Source: Candidatus Cloacimonadales bacterium
GTDB lineage: Bacteria; Cloacimonadota; Cloacimonadia; Cloacimonadales; JAFGVF01
Direction: 5' to 3'
Assembly: GCA_963678375.2 (NCBI GenBank)
Contig: OY782831.1
Coordinates: forward strand, 33,447 to 97,446
Length of the DNA: 64,000 bases
The notes below the pieces were generated by a model. The model was not told the DNA's origin and did not search any database. It saw only the letters and a list, made by a program, of their open reading frames with translations. Positions within the stretch are counted from its first letter, which is position 1; each line of letters starts with the position of its first letter. Shown here one piece after another: positions 25,632 through 35,800 of the stretch. The translations under genes were made by a program, and so were the position numbers.

Positions 25632-26864
25632 TTAGTTTAAATCTTCCTTAATAGGTATTTCGCGAGGTTCTTTTCTAGTATACACTTTTCTGAAGATATC
25701 AAAGCCAGACACCCCAATCATAAACATACTAGATCTATCCTCAATACCATGAGTATCAACATCTCCACGTATCATATATTCAAAAGCAAAATCTAATTTA
25801 TCAATTCTTGATTTTAGTGGAAGAGAAAAGCCTATTGTTGCACTTTTCTCATAAATCTTTTCATTATTATAATCGAAAGGTAGTTCTCTCAAAGAGAAAC
25901 CAGTTCTGATTGGAATAAGTTCATAAAACTCTTTTCTGCCTAATTTTGGTTCATAGGCAAAACCAATGCCAGCTTTCCAAGAATTATGGTAGTCTTCACC
26001 CATGAAATTATCCCAAATCTCATAGTTAAAATCTCCAGCAAGTTTAAAGATACCTGCCCACTTTTTAGCTACACCAAAAGCAATTTTATGTGGGAGATTA
26101 AACTCTACATCTTGCATTTCTTGATTTGAATGAATCGTAAAAAATTCTTTTTCAGCATCAATTTTACGACCATATTCATAGTTAGCTCCCAGCGACCAGG
26201 TAGCACCCTGTTTGAGAAGCCCTGTACTAAATCCAATATCGGTAAAAGATACTTTTGATTTATTCTTAGTATTAAATACTCCACTTCCTGAATCTTGGAT
26301 TAACTCTTGTTCACGATGTCCTATAAAAATATTAGGTCCCAAAGCCACACTCCATCCCCCAAGAAGCCTATAGCCATAATAAGCATCTAACTTATATATA
26401 TATGAAGAAAATAAGTTTTGCTCAATTAGAGTGTTTTCCTCACCGTCTATGATATAATTAACTTCGACTTCATTTTCGAAATTACCAGATTTCCATGAGT
26501 TAAACTGGAAAGCGAATTTATGTTTATTATAAGGGACAACTATACTGAAAAAAGGGAAGTCGACAGCATCATCAGTATAAGATGAATTTACATCAGTATT
26601 ATACTTAATGTAGCCCAATTTCACTCCAGTATAAAAATTCACAGTATTGGCTGTGCTTATCAAGGCTGGATTACCAAAACCATGTGCTAAACGTAAGCCG
26701 TCACCTATTCCTACATCTCCCATTCCTTGACTATAGATATCATTACCTGAGTATTGATAAGGTAATCCTGTAATTGAAAAGATTGAGTTACCTGCCACTA
26801 GTCCATTAACTTGTAAGCAAATAACAATTATCAATAAGGTATAATACCAGTTCTTTTTAATCAT
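25632..26864 (-). CDS. outer-membrane beta-barrel-like protein, function unknown
   Basis: 410 aa with signal peptide (..ICLQVNGLVAG) and alternating aromatic/Gly-rich strands. No recognisable catalytic motif. Confidence 0.5.
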   Translation of the reverse strand: MIKKNWYYTLLIIVICLQVNGLVAGNSIFSITGLPYQYSGNDIYSQGMGDVGIGDGLRLAHGFGNPALISTANTVNFYTGVKLGYIKYNTDVNSSYTDDAVDFPFFSIVVPYNKHKFAFQFNSWKSGNFENEVEVNYIIDGEENTLIEQNLFSSYIYKLDAYYGYRLLGGWSVALGPNIFIGHREQELIQDSGSGVFNTKNKSKVSFTDIGFSTGLLKQGATWSLGANYEYGRKIDAEKEFFTIHSNQEMQDVEFNLPHKIAFGVAKKWAGIFKLAGDFNYEIWDNFMGEDYHNSWKAGIGFAYEPKLGRKEFYELIPIRTGFSLRELPFDYNNEKIYEKSATIGFSLPLKSRIDKLDFAFEYMIRGDVDTHGIEDRSSMFMIGVSGFDIFRKVYTRKEPREIPIKEDLN

Positions 26865-26893
26865 TTATTTCTCCATTTCAAATTATTCCATTT

Positions 26894-26922
26894 ATTAAAT
26901 ATAATTCCTCATCATTTGTCAA
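26894..26922 (-). promoter_or_regulatory. putative promoter (TTGACA-N17-TTTAAT) of the 25632-26864 OMP / recJ-lipid operon
   Basis: Minus strand reads TTGACAAATGATGAGGAATTATATTTAAT, 30 nt upstream of ATG 26864. Confidence 0.4.
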
Positions 26923-26989
26923 TAATCTTTTTCTAAAACAGCCAGAAGATAAGAAAAAAAATCAAGATTTCTTATCCGATAGTATCACT

Positions 26990-28018
26990 TTACTGCGCAA
27001 GTGTGTCGAAATACTTTTCAATACGAACTTGTAATTTCTTTTGCAAGGATCTAACAATTGCAGCCTTTGATTTAGAGATAGCTTCATCCTTATTAATTCC
27101 ACCAGAACGGCTTTTTTCATTAAGTGAGATCACTATTCTGCCATTGTAATCTTCAACGCTTAAATCAAATTCATATTTCACAAAGTCTTCTTTTCTACCC
27201 AAATCTACATCTTGATATTGATAATCACTAATCACATTAAGCATTGCTTCTGAATCAGTTATGGAAAAGTTCATCTCATTAATAATTTCTTTTATAGTAT
27301 TAAAGATGATTCCTTTTTCATCATTTTCAACTTTTATAGAGAAACTGATCTGAGAAGCTAAATCCCTCATTAACGAGTTAATCTTAGGGAATTTATTTTC
27401 AACACCAACAATTTCATAGTCCATAGGGGATATAATCGCTAACTGATCAAGTAAAATCTGATTCTGATAAGCAAATATTGAAGCTACCCCTAAGAAAGCA
27501 TATTTACGGATAGCATCTCCCGCTTGTTCATATTTATCCATATAGAATTCTGTCATTTCATCAGTTTGAGTAATCTTTTCATCATAGATATCAGCAGTTC
27601 TACTTCTATGAATATAAGCTAAGGCATATACCTTACCCAAGTTATCAGTATAGGTCTCACCAATTTCTATATTTATTAAGTTTTGTTCTGCACTGATAAA
27701 AATATCTTTTGTGTTTTCCGCAAATAAAGAAACCTCATCTTCTTCTTTACTTGATTCTAGCTCTGACCATCTTTCAGAAAAGTGAGTGTTTGCTTTTACA
27801 TCTGTCTTGAAAATCCTTGCAACACTACCCATAGCATCAGCCTCTGCAGAACGTCTTGTTGATCCATAACCTACTGCAGCCAAATACATACCCTCTGGGT
27901 ACTTGATTTTTGGATTATCAACCCATTCAGGTTTATCTCCAGGACGAGATATCTTGTTTGAGGAGCAAGACATTAAAAGAATAAATAACAGTGATAATAA
28001 GAGTATTTTTCGCACCAT
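26990..28018 (-). CDS. LPP20-like lipoprotein
   Basis: 342 aa with lipobox LLMSCSS. The segment GMYLAAVGYGSTRRSAEADAMGSVARIFKTDV resembles the LPP20 domain. Motif-level call only. Confidence 0.5.
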   Translation of the reverse strand: MVRKILLLSLLFILLMSCSSNKISRPGDKPEWVDNPKIKYPEGMYLAAVGYGSTRRSAEADAMGSVARIFKTDVKANTHFSERWSELESSKEEDEVSLFAENTKDIFISAEQNLINIEIGETYTDNLGKVYALAYIHRSRTADIYDEKITQTDEMTEFYMDKYEQAGDAIRKYAFLGVASIFAYQNQILLDQLAIISPMDYEIVGVENKFPKINSLMRDLASQISFSIKVENDEKGIIFNTIKEIINEMNFSITDSEAMLNVISDYQYQDVDLGRKEDFVKYEFDLSVEDYNGRIVISLNEKSRSGGINKDEAISKSKAAIVRSLQKKLQVRIEKYFDTLAQ

Positions 28019-28024
28019 ACACCT

Positions 28025-29401
28025 CTATTTTAAGTAATATGACTCTAGTAAGTTGAGTCTATTTTGTTTAATCTCATAATTAGTAAACAAATCAGAATAT
28101 TCAATACTTCCATAGCGGTTATGAAAGTTTACTTTTATATTATACAGACCAGGCTCGATATCAAAATCTCCAATATAAGCATAACCTGGGAAAATAAGAC
28201 AGGATCTTAAGTCTGCTGCTTCGCTTGCTTCAGTAAGTGCAGCAGTTCCTAATTTAGCTAGAAAACCTCCTAACTCACCAGTCTCTTTTTCAATCTTCTT
28301 TTGGGTTGCTATTGAAGCAATTCCTTTAATAACTGTTCTTGTCACGGCCCTAATGTAAGCCATTCTAGCCTTAACAGAAAAAGTCTCTTTAGCTATTCTA
28401 TTGACTGATTCTATTTTCTCGAGTTCACCAACAGTTTTCCCATTAAGCTCAACTGAGATCTTGGTAATTTGACTGTCTTTTTCTTGCATTCTTGGGACAG
28501 CAAACTTAAAATAATAACCAGCTTCTACACCAGGAAAAAGGAACTGTTCTCCATTAGCCTGTTTTCCATCATCTACGAAGACCGTAACTAAGTTTTCTAA
28601 AGTTGCAACACGATATGTAACAGGGTACTTTTCAGGAGCTAAACCAGTAAATGAAATCAAGCTAAGCTTTGCTTTATCAGATTTCACACTACTAAAATCT
28701 GATAGATTAGGTTTTGAAAAATTGTAAATATGTGCTTGAAGTTTAAAGGCTTCATCAATATATCGGTTATCAATTCTTACATCATCGAATCTGTTCTCAG
28801 CTCTATATAACAACATACTTAAAAATCTTGCTAAGGATGAGTTATTGAACTGAATACTTTCAACTTGGATTTCAATTTTATTATTGTCAGACTCATTCAA
28901 TTTCTCTGCATATTTTTTATACTTATCTTCAAGCAAGTTGAGTTTCTCATTTACTTTTCTAATCTCAACAAAAGCAGATTCTTCTTGATTCAAATTTAGA
29001 TAATTAAGTGCTTTGAAGATATTTATATAGATATCTTCATAATCCTCTCCAGAATAGGCAAGAGTATTATCATTTAATAGCATTGAGCTAGCAGCTCTTG
29101 AAACTGACTTAGTAAAAAGTTCACTAATAGCTTCCTCTGCCTTTGTTAGGTGAAAGTTACTTGCATTGAAGTCCTTATCATAATGAAGTATCAGTCCTTT
29201 GTATAAATGATATAGAACTCTATCTTTTTCAGGAAAACAGTCATCCTTATTATTTTCAATAATTTGTAAAGATCCTTGAAAGTTTCTATTCTGAATATTA
29301 GTGAGTAATTCTTCTTTATATGCATTTCTAGTTCTTAGATTAGAACATCCAATAAATATTAGAAATGATAGAAGGATTAAAATATGTTTGCTATAACTCA
29401 T
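28025..29401 (-). CDS. lipoprotein, function unknown (about 450-aa helical/TPR-like N-terminal part)
   Basis: 458 aa with lipobox FIGCSN. No catalytic motif. The next gene starts 6 nt downstream. Confidence 0.45.
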   Translation of the reverse strand: MSYSKHILILLSFLIFIGCSNLRTRNAYKEELLTNIQNRNFQGSLQIIENNKDDCFPEKDRVLYHLYKGLILHYDKDFNASNFHLTKAEEAISELFTKSVSRAASSMLLNDNTLAYSGEDYEDIYINIFKALNYLNLNQEESAFVEIRKVNEKLNLLEDKYKKYAEKLNESDNNKIEIQVESIQFNNSSLARFLSMLLYRAENRFDDVRIDNRYIDEAFKLQAHIYNFSKPNLSDFSSVKSDKAKLSLISFTGLAPEKYPVTYRVATLENLVTVFVDDGKQANGEQFLFPGVEAGYYFKFAVPRMQEKDSQITKISVELNGKTVGELEKIESVNRIAKETFSVKARMAYIRAVTRTVIKGIASIATQKKIEKETGELGGFLAKLGTAALTEASEAADLRSCLIFPGYAYIGDFDIEPGLYNIKVNFHNRYGSIEYSDLFTNYEIKQNRLNLLESYYLK

Positions 29402-29467
29402 AAATCTCCTTAGTGACAGACCCCTAAATAAGAAAATAGGTAACCTGTCGCCAAGTTACCTTAAAAT

Positions 29468-30070
29468 TTATAGTTTAAATTTACCTTTAGAAACAACTTT
29501 TTTAAGTTTTTTCTCTCCAATCCAAACAGTTTCATTAGACTCTGTATTAACTAATTGAAGATTAACTTGATAATAAACTACTCTTTGACCTTCAATAGCA
29601 TCGACTATAGATTTTATTGAACCTTGTAAAACAAAATCAGCTCCGAGTTCTTCAGCTAGTCTTTTAGCAGTTTCTTCAGAAGCATAAGATTGTTGTTGAA
29701 GTCTTTCTTCTCTTATCTCCTCTCGTTCGTCCTTGCCTGCTACAAATCTAACTTTACCAGAATTTATTAATTCTCTTTGCATATCTTTAATGAAAGTAGT
29801 AGTTTCGATATGTTCGCTAGTTAGATTACGTACTGTACCAACCGTCACAATAGGTTTCTCATCGTTTTCAGCGACAAAGTTTAATAACCAGTTTTGGGAG
29901 ACAACATCTCTAACCATCTCTTCAGATACTTGGCGTGAATCAACATCATTCCATCTTCCACTTAGGTCGATTTGCTCATCAACTCCTCTTCTAGAAACTT
30001 CTCTTCTAGAAGAACATCCTACAGCAAGTAGAAGGACTAATAGAGCTGAGATAATATAAACTTTCTTCAT
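29468..30070 (-). CDS. LpoB-like (COG3417-type) lipoprotein
   Basis: 200 aa with lipobox LAVGCSS. GRWNDVDSRQVSEEMV.., IVTVGTVRNLTSEHI, ADFVLQGSI, YYQVNLQLVNTESNETVW resemble penicillin-binding-protein-activator LpoB-type proteins. Confidence 0.55.
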   Translation of the reverse strand: MKKVYIISALLVLLLAVGCSSRREVSRRGVDEQIDLSGRWNDVDSRQVSEEMVRDVVSQNWLLNFVAENDEKPIVTVGTVRNLTSEHIETTTFIKDMQRELINSGKVRFVAGKDEREEIREERLQQQSYASEETAKRLAEELGADFVLQGSIKSIVDAIEGQRVVYYQVNLQLVNTESNETVWIGEKKLKKVVSKGKFKL

Positions 30071-30090
30071 TATTTCCTCCGATTATTATT

Positions 30091-31047
30091 TTATATACTA
30101 TCAAAGTAAGTAATTACTTTCTCGTCAATATCTTTTTTATTTTTGTTCTTTATGTATTGTTGTTTAAAGAAATTATATTGATTTTCTAAGATTCTCCGGT
30201 AAATATAAATAACCACTGGAGAAAAGAGAAGTGAAGATACTAAAAAAAGCAATATGAAAGAAGGTATTGAACTTAACACATCAATTCGATTTACTAATAA
30301 TGGAAAGTTAACCACTAGGACTTTTGGAAATAAGCTTCTTAAATAGATAAAGATATTTAAGAGACCATGCTTATAAATTAAGAGAGATAAGGTGATGAAA
30401 AGTAAGTTTACTAACCATGATTTTATATAATAACTTTTCATTAGCATAAAGGATTCCTTGAGCTTAGAAAGAGCATTTATTTCACTACCCCCTTTATAGA
30501 AAAGAAGTATTTGAATTCTCAACATCATTGTGATACTTGAAGTTACTAAAATCAAGAGAATATAAAGAGGTTCTTGGAATCTATTTAGACCAGTAATATC
30601 ATAAACTAGGTTAGTTAAGAAATTCAAATTCCAAAGTGGTATAAAGTATATTATTCCAAAGCAAATCATCCAAGCAAAAAGTGACATAAGGGTAATAAAA
30701 ATGCTTATATTATCTTTATCTTTGTAAGGAATTACCTCAATATCATCTTTCTTCTTTAGACTATTTATAATCTTATGATCAATAGTAACAGAAATATAGT
30801 TCCAAATCACCACTATTGCAAAAAGTAAAGAGCAAATCAAAGGAATATTCTGCCATGAATAAGACATAGTAAAAAAATAGTTATCTAGTAGCTTTCTTTC
30901 ATTAACAAAAATAGATAAATCTTGTGGTTGAAGCATAATTTGGAGACCATTCCAGCCTCCAAAAAAAACTAACTGGATCCAGAGTATTATCTTTGAAAAT
31001 AGAAATCTATCTTTATTATTTATTGCATCTTCATTATTATAAAGCAA
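30091..31047 (-). CDS. polytopic membrane protein, function unknown
   Basis: 318 aa with about 7 hydrophobic helices. TTG start 31047 is preceded by AAGGAG at 7-nt spacing. Confidence 0.5.
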   Translation of the reverse strand: MLYNNEDAINNKDRFLFSKIILWIQLVFFGGWNGLQIMLQPQDLSIFVNERKLLDNYFFTMSYSWQNIPLICSLLFAIVVIWNYISVTIDHKIINSLKKKDDIEVIPYKDKDNISIFITLMSLFAWMICFGIIYFIPLWNLNFLTNLVYDITGLNRFQEPLYILLILVTSSITMMLRIQILLFYKGGSEINALSKLKESFMLMKSYYIKSWLVNLLFITLSLLIYKHGLLNIFIYLRSLFPKVLVVNFPLLVNRIDVLSSIPSFILLFLVSSLLFSPVVIYIYRRILENQYNFFKQQYIKNKNKKDIDEKVITYFDSI

Positions 31048-31125
31048 ATATCTTCTCCTTCATAACTTTCAACTAAGATAACTAAAGGCCTAGGTTTGTC
31101 AATTTATTATTGATTTTTTTTATTA

Positions 31126-31154
31126 TTGACAGCTTAGTTTAACTTAGATTAATA
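31126..31154 (+). promoter_or_regulatory. putative promoter (TTGACA-N17-TTAATA) of the NYN-domain gene
   Basis: TTGACAGCTTAGTTTAACTTAGATTAATA, 27 nt upstream of ATG 31182, which has an AAGGAG RBS. Confidence 0.45.
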
Positions 31155-31181
31155 TCATTACACTAACAAAAAGGAGATATT

Positions 31182-32027
31182 ATGGAAAGAACAGGATTCC
31201 AAAAAGTTGGCATCTATGTTGATGTAGCAAACATAGCTCAGAATGGTGGTTATGGTATAGCTTACGATGTTTTACGAGAATTTGCTTGTCGTAATCATGG
31301 TACAGCTGTAAGATTAAATGCGTACTTGGCATACGATGAAGAGAGAGCTAAAAATGATGCAGAATATCGTCGTCATTCGCTCAATTTTCATGCTAACTTA
31401 CGTGATTATGGCTATAAAGTTATTGTTAAATCTGTCCGATTTTTCTTTGATGAGCTAGGTCATCGCTATGCTAAAGCTAACGCAGATCTTGATCTAGCAG
31501 TTGACGCATTATTACAATCAAATCATCTAGATTATGTTTTATTAGTTACTGGTGATGGAGACTTTCTACAAGTTATTAGAGCCCTCCAGAACAAGGGTTG
31601 CAGGGTTGATGTATTAGGCTTTAAAAATGTATCATATTTATTAAAAAATGAAGCAGATATTTTTGTCTCGGGATTTTTGGTTCCTGATTTATTACCAGTT
31701 CAAGACGAATATGGTGTTCCTCTAAATAAGGAACATTGGGGAGAAATTGGTTCTTATGTTCGCGGAGTTTGTTATACTTATAATAAAGAGAAAAACTTTG
31801 GTTTCTTTAGAGTATTAAATTCAATTAATGAAGGTTTATGGATTACTGATTCTCGTAAGGAGCATTCCCCTTACAAATCGATTTTCTTCCATTCATCTAA
31901 CCTACCAGAAGGTATTGAAATTGAATTACCTAATCGTAATCAGATTTTTGAATTCAAACTAGCTCAAGGTGATAAAGGCTTTCAAGCTGTAGATATTCGA
32001 GTTGGTTATAAATACAGTTTTAAGTAA
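31182..32027 (+). CDS. NYN/LabA-like (PIN-related) ribonuclease domain fused to a C-terminal cold-shock (CSD/OB) domain
   Basis: 281 aa. NYN part VGIYVDVANI.., YVLLVTGDGDFLQVIRALQNKGCRVDV. CSD-like part GVCYTYNKEKNFGFFRV...IFFHSSNL...FEFKLAQGDKGFQAVDI. Confidence 0.75.
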   Translation: MERTGFQKVGIYVDVANIAQNGGYGIAYDVLREFACRNHGTAVRLNAYLAYDEERAKNDAEYRRHSLNFHANLRDYGYKVIVKSVRFFFDELGHRYAKANADLDLAVDALLQSNHLDYVLLVTGDGDFLQVIRALQNKGCRVDVLGFKNVSYLLKNEADIFVSGFLVPDLLPVQDEYGVPLNKEHWGEIGSYVRGVCYTYNKEKNFGFFRVLNSINEGLWITDSRKEHSPYKSIFFHSSNLPEGIEIELPNRNQIFEFKLAQGDKGFQAVDIRVGYKYSFK

Positions 32028-32088
32028 ATTATTAAAAAAGAGAAATTATTATAAGTTTAAGAAGAGTAATATATAGACTAAGATTATT

Positions 32089-32120
32089 AAGTGAGTTAAA
32101 AAATAGCTCACTTTTTTTTT
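32089..32120 (+). terminator. rho-independent terminator after the NYN gene
   Basis: AAGTGAG-TTAAAAAATAG-CTCACTT followed by a long T run (T-run through 32120, 9 T in total counting the two stem T's). Confidence 0.6.
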
Positions 32121-32195
32121 GAGATATAATGCAGGATTTTTTGAATGATCCAGTCTAAAGAGGTGAAGACATAAAAGAAACCAAAAAAGGAGTAT

Positions 32196-32714
32196 ATGAT
32201 GTTTAAAAAAACTGTATTAGTTCTTGCCTTAATGGCAGTCTTGTTAGGAAGTCTTTTTGCTCAACCAATGAGATACCAGGCTAAAAGAGAGTTAGGTGAA
32301 GAAAGAGGAGTTCATTCCCAATATAAGAATAATCACGGAAGAATGGGAATGGGAATGGGTATGCATAACCCTAATGGTGGAAAGAAAATGCATAAAATGT
32401 TACCAGGAAGAATGGTCTTAGCTATGGCAGATGAAATAGATTTATCTCAAGCACAGATTGATAAAATTAAAGATATTCAAACAGATTTTGGTAAAATGAA
32501 TAACTCAAAGACAGCTGAGATTGAGAATTTACTAATCGACAAAAGAGCTGCTATGCGTGATCATAATTTCAAGGAAGCTAGAAAAGTTACAACAGATATT
32601 TATGAAATTCGTCAGGATTTAGCAGTAGCAAAAATTACTGCAATGGAAAATATCTATAAAGAATTAAGTACAGAGCAAATTGAAAAGCTAAAGAATGAAT
32701 GTTTAATGGACTAA
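32196..32714 (+). CDS. periplasmic Spy/CpxP/ZraP-like (LTxxQ-type) protein with Met/His-rich segment
   Basis: 172 aa with signal peptide MMFKKTVLVLALMAVLLGSLFA. HGRMGMGMGMHNPNGGKKMHKM, DLSQAQIDKIKDI (LTxxQ-like), helical remainder. Confidence 0.55.
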   Translation: MMFKKTVLVLALMAVLLGSLFAQPMRYQAKRELGEERGVHSQYKNNHGRMGMGMGMHNPNGGKKMHKMLPGRMVLAMADEIDLSQAQIDKIKDIQTDFGKMNNSKTAEIENLLIDKRAAMRDHNFKEARKVTTDIYEIRQDLAVAKITAMENIYKELSTEQIEKLKNECLMD

Positions 32715-32741
32715 AATAAAAAACACTCTCTCTCAAATCTA

Positions 32742-32775
32742 AAGAGGAATGCCTAGGCATTCCTCTTTATTTGGA
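32742..32775. terminator. bidirectional hairpin terminator between convergent genes
   Basis: AAAGAGGAATGCCTAGGCATTCCTCTTT (perfect palindrome), flanked by T-rich tails on both strands. Confidence 0.55.
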
Positions 32776-32830
32776 AAAGACAAAAGAAGATACTTCTTCT
32801 CAAGTATTGTTTCAATGTTTGAATTTTGTT

Positions 32831-35800
32831 TTAGGGGATACTTCTAACAAGTCTGAAACCTATAATCCAAGCTCTAGTTGCATAGTTCATAGAAGCTCTT
32901 GCAATGTTTGTACAGGCATAAGAACTTTCTGCAAAACTACCTCCTCTAATCATACGTTGATCCCCTGTTACTGGACCTGTCGGATTTACTTGAGGAGTAT
33001 TAGGATAAGGAGCATAATAATCCCAACACCATTCCCAGACATTTCCTGACATATCATAAATACCTAGTTCATTAGCTTGCTTAAGTCCAACACTGCAATG
33101 AGAAGTTGCATTATCACTATACCAGCCAACCTCATCTAAATTGTTAGAACCACAATATGTGTAATTTTCAGATTGATTACCTCCTTTAGCAGCAAACATC
33201 CATTCCATTTCTGTTGGTAATCTATAACCACTTGCATTAAAATTACAAGTGATATATTCTTCATTAAAAGTATGATTTTGAATAAAAGGAACCCAATCGT
33301 CAGGATTACTTCCATAATTTTGGTATGTGTAACAGGGAGTCAAACCCTCAGAAGTAGATCTGCGATTGCAGTAAGATATGGCATCAACCAAATTGACGCT
33401 ATCTACTGGCCGATTAGGTTTTGAATAATAGTTTGGATAATGAGAAGGATTAGTTCCCATAATATTCTGATAATTAATTTGTGTCATCTCATATTTATCC
33501 ATATAGAAAGAAGATATGGTTACTTGGGAAGATCCGTTATTGAAGGTGCCTCCTTCAACATATTTAAAATCAGGAGGAAAAATCCAATATTCAAAAACTC
33601 CAGTTTCAGAATCAAAAAGACCTGGTTTAAATGCCTTAGCTTTCAATATTGTATGATTACTACTTACAAATATTCCTGAAGTATAAACTGTTGAGTTTGA
33701 GTTAGGTTCACTTCCATCGGTAGTATATCTAATCACAGACCCAAAAGTTTCACATTCAATTCTAACATTAAATGTATCATAACCGTGTCCTCCAGGATGA
33801 CCAAAGCTAGGAGTAGATACTTGTTCTTGGTGAATACCACGGACACACCTAAAACCATTCCCCCAGTGCAAAGTAGTATTTGCAATAAATCCTCGATGAT
33901 TTATTAAACAATTGTCATTACCATATTGCCATCCTCCTCCTTTAATTAACTTAGAAGGATTTGTTTGATCTGTAGTGGGATTAATCTGGTTTGTGTTAGA
34001 TAGACTTCCTTCATGATCCCAACACCATTCCCAAACATTTCCACTCATATCATAAATACCTAGTTCATTACCATCTTTTGTTCCTACTTCATGAGTTCCA
34101 TAATCAGGATTTGAAGTTCCACCTGAAATTTGCGAAGCATTACCTGAAAACCAAGCAACATCCCACACATTATTACTGCCACTATATGTATAGTCTAAAG
34201 ATTGGTTTCCTCCTTTGGCTGCAAACATCCACTCCATTTCGGTTGGTAACCGATAACCATTTACACTCCAATCGCAAGAAATATTAAGAGTATTGTTTGA
34301 GTCACTATTCCAGTCGGAAGGCCAGTTATCCGGATTACTCCCATAAATCCCATAACTGTAACAAGGAAGCTGATTCTCTTGAATACTTCTTCTATTACAA
34401 TATTCTATTGCATCAAACCAGCTAACATTTTCCACAGGTTTATTTCCATTATCTGCAAAATATGATGGGTTATTTCCCATAACTGCTTGATATCCTGCCT
34501 GTGTTACTTCATATTTATCAATTAAGAAGGGAGATAGAGTAACATTAGCAAATCCATTGTTGAAGGTTCCTCCTTCAACTTGAACAAAGTTATCTGGTAC
34601 TATGAAGTATTCTGCTTCTGAAATAACTGATGGATATAAACCATCTTTGTATGCTCTTGCTCTTAGGAGTGTAGAGTAGTTTATTTCTATAGATGATGAG
34701 TACAGTAAAGAAGATTCGGTTGGTTCACTTCCGTCAGTAGTATATCTAATTTCAGCCCCCAAGCTAGAACAGGTAATAATTATATCCTGTGAGTTAGTAT
34801 ATATACCTGATGACAGATTGAAGTTTGGAGCTTCAACTTGTCGATCTAATGTATTTCTTGCACACCTAAAACCAATATGAATAAAAGGATCAGTAATTGT
34901 AGATTCGGTTCTGTAATCAATAAGACAAAGATCCTCTGAACAATTCCAACCACCTCCTCTCATCACACGTGAATCTCCTGTAGGAGCACCAGTAGGATTA
35001 GTTTGTTGAACATCAGAATATTCTCCCATAAAATCCCAACAAAACTCAAAGACGTTTCCACTCATATCATAGAAACCTAATTCATTAGCTTGTTTTGTTC
35101 CAACGCTATGTGTTCCATAATCAGGATTTTCACTTCCTCCGGTAATATATAATGAATTAGCATTAAACCAAGCAACATCCCAAATATTGTTACTACCACT
35201 ATAATTAAACCCCGAACTTTGATTACCACCCATAGCAGCAAACATCCATTCCATCTCAGTTGGTAAACGATAACCGTTAGCATAAGCATTTAAGTGAACA
35301 TTATGTTGCTTTGAATTATGATCATCCCAGTCATTAGGCCAATCATCTGGATTAACACCGTAAGAATCATAACAATAATATGGATTTAGGTTTTCTTGAA
35401 TACTTCTCCGGTTACAGTATTCTATTGCATCAAACCAAGTTACCTGCTCAACAGGTCGATTTAAGTTACCTGTAAAGTAAGATGGATTAGTTCCCATAAT
35501 CTCTAAGTAACTAGACTGAGTAACTTCATACTTATCTAGGTAAAATGAGCTTAAAGTTACATCTGCTGTACCATTATTAAAAGTAGCTCCTTCTACAAGA
35601 ATAAAACTCTCAGGTTGGATAAGAAATTCTGCTTGTCCAATCATTGATGGAATCATATCATTCTTATAGGCTTTTGCTTTGATATTTAGGGATGAATATA
35701 CATCAATAGGACCGTAATAAATATCTGAGTTTTCATTTGGTTCTGAGTCATCAAGTGTATAACGTATTGTTGCTCCAGGAGTAGAAGTTGAGATTATTAC

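Noticed and set aside
32831-32960. Possibility that the C-terminal FGE module is the variable region of a diversity-generating retroelement.
   Set aside because: No reverse transcriptase ORF and no template-repeat-like second copy of this 130-bp segment is visible anywhere in the 64 kb. The idea stays a genome-wide check, not a claim.
32771-33049. 92-aa plus-strand ORF starting in the terminator region and running into the FGE-repeat gene.
   Set aside because: It begins inside the bidirectional terminator hairpin tail, has no RBS and is antisense to a strongly supported CDS.
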